From: Desulfobacterales bacterium | GTDB taxonomy: Bacteria > Desulfobacterota > Desulfobacteria > Desulfobacterales > UBA2174 | Direction of reading: 5' to 3' | DNA length: 64,000 nucleotides | Assembly: GCA_963668645.2 (NCBI GenBank) | Contig: CAXXWC010000021.1 | Location: 800,001-864,000, forward strand | Shown here: piece after piece, positions 63,624 through 64,000 of the stretch | Numbering within the stretch: position 1 is the stretch's first letter | How the letters are laid out: each line of letters begins with the position of its first letter | Translations under genes and position numbers: made by a program | Notes under the pieces: generated by a model | Databases searched by the model: none | What the model was told of the DNA's origin: nothing | Seen by the model: only the letters and a program-made list of their open reading frames with translations

Positions 63624-64000
63624 ATGGAGGAAAAGCTCGTAAGTGTAAAGAACTATCACCTTGCAGGAGATGATGTAAAGATCGTATTTTCAACCGAAAG
63701 CCCCGAACTTGAGCTTATATACGAAGACAAGCATGGAAAACGTAAGTTCACAGGGAGAGCGATATATCGGGAAAAGATTCAACTCGGTTTTATGCCATCC
63801 GTAGTTCTGGATGAAGCTCCAGACAAATACAGAATAATTTTATCTCTTGCCGTTCCGTCCGCCAACAGATCCGAGAATATGAAATCCATTCCGATCAAGA
63901 CCTATGCGGTGTGGACCAAGATTCTCACCAGCATCAGTGGATCGGAGGCCATCGAAGGGCAAATCCAAACTCACGATATTTCACTCTTGAGCGGTAATGC
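63624..64000 (+). CDS. Hypothetical protein, runs off the window end
   Basis: AAGGAG RBS; MEEKLVSVKNYHLAGDDVKIVFST.. stays open to 64000; absent from the ORF track. Confidence 0.75.
   Translation, partial: MEEKLVSVKNYHLAGDDVKIVFSTESPELELIYEDKHGKRKFTGRAIYREKIQLGFMPSVVLDEAPDKYRIILSLAVPSANRSENMKSIPIKTYAVWTKILTSISGSEAIEGQIQTHDISLLSGN

Overview
Bacterial accessory region, most likely from a sulfate-reducing deltaproteobacterium (Desulfobacteraceae/Desulfosarcina-like; inferred from gene style and IS types only). It is a mosaic of AT-richer signalling genes and GC-richer housekeeping/transport genes. It begins just after a displaced tmRNA 3'-end fragment (probable island att site). Signalling genes: PocR kinase with an Rcp1-like regulator and a hybrid kinase, a 1921-aa STYK-AAA-GAF-HK-REC protein, a PAS hybrid kinase and two GGDEF cyclases. 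Other genes: an orphan leuB, a MacAB-OMF efflux pump, a TonB receptor plus Nik/Opp-type ABC operon behind an attenuator-like leader, an IclR-TRAP-panB operon and a duplicated nitroreductase segment. A DsbA/FrnE-like selenoprotein (UxxC, with SECIS-like hairpin) is only partly seen by the ORF track. Mobile DNA is dense: an intact IS66, two IS3, IS4 and IS5 relics, and two group IIC intron relics sitting in attC-like sites. The strongest novelty candidate is a complete 2744-bp IS that I cannot assign to a named family. It has 26-bp TIRs, an 8-bp TSD, and an unknown-function orfA joined by a -1 slippery site to a Mutator-like DDE transposase. No CRISPR array, rRNA or intact tRNA was seen. All family calls are from motif recognition, not database searches.
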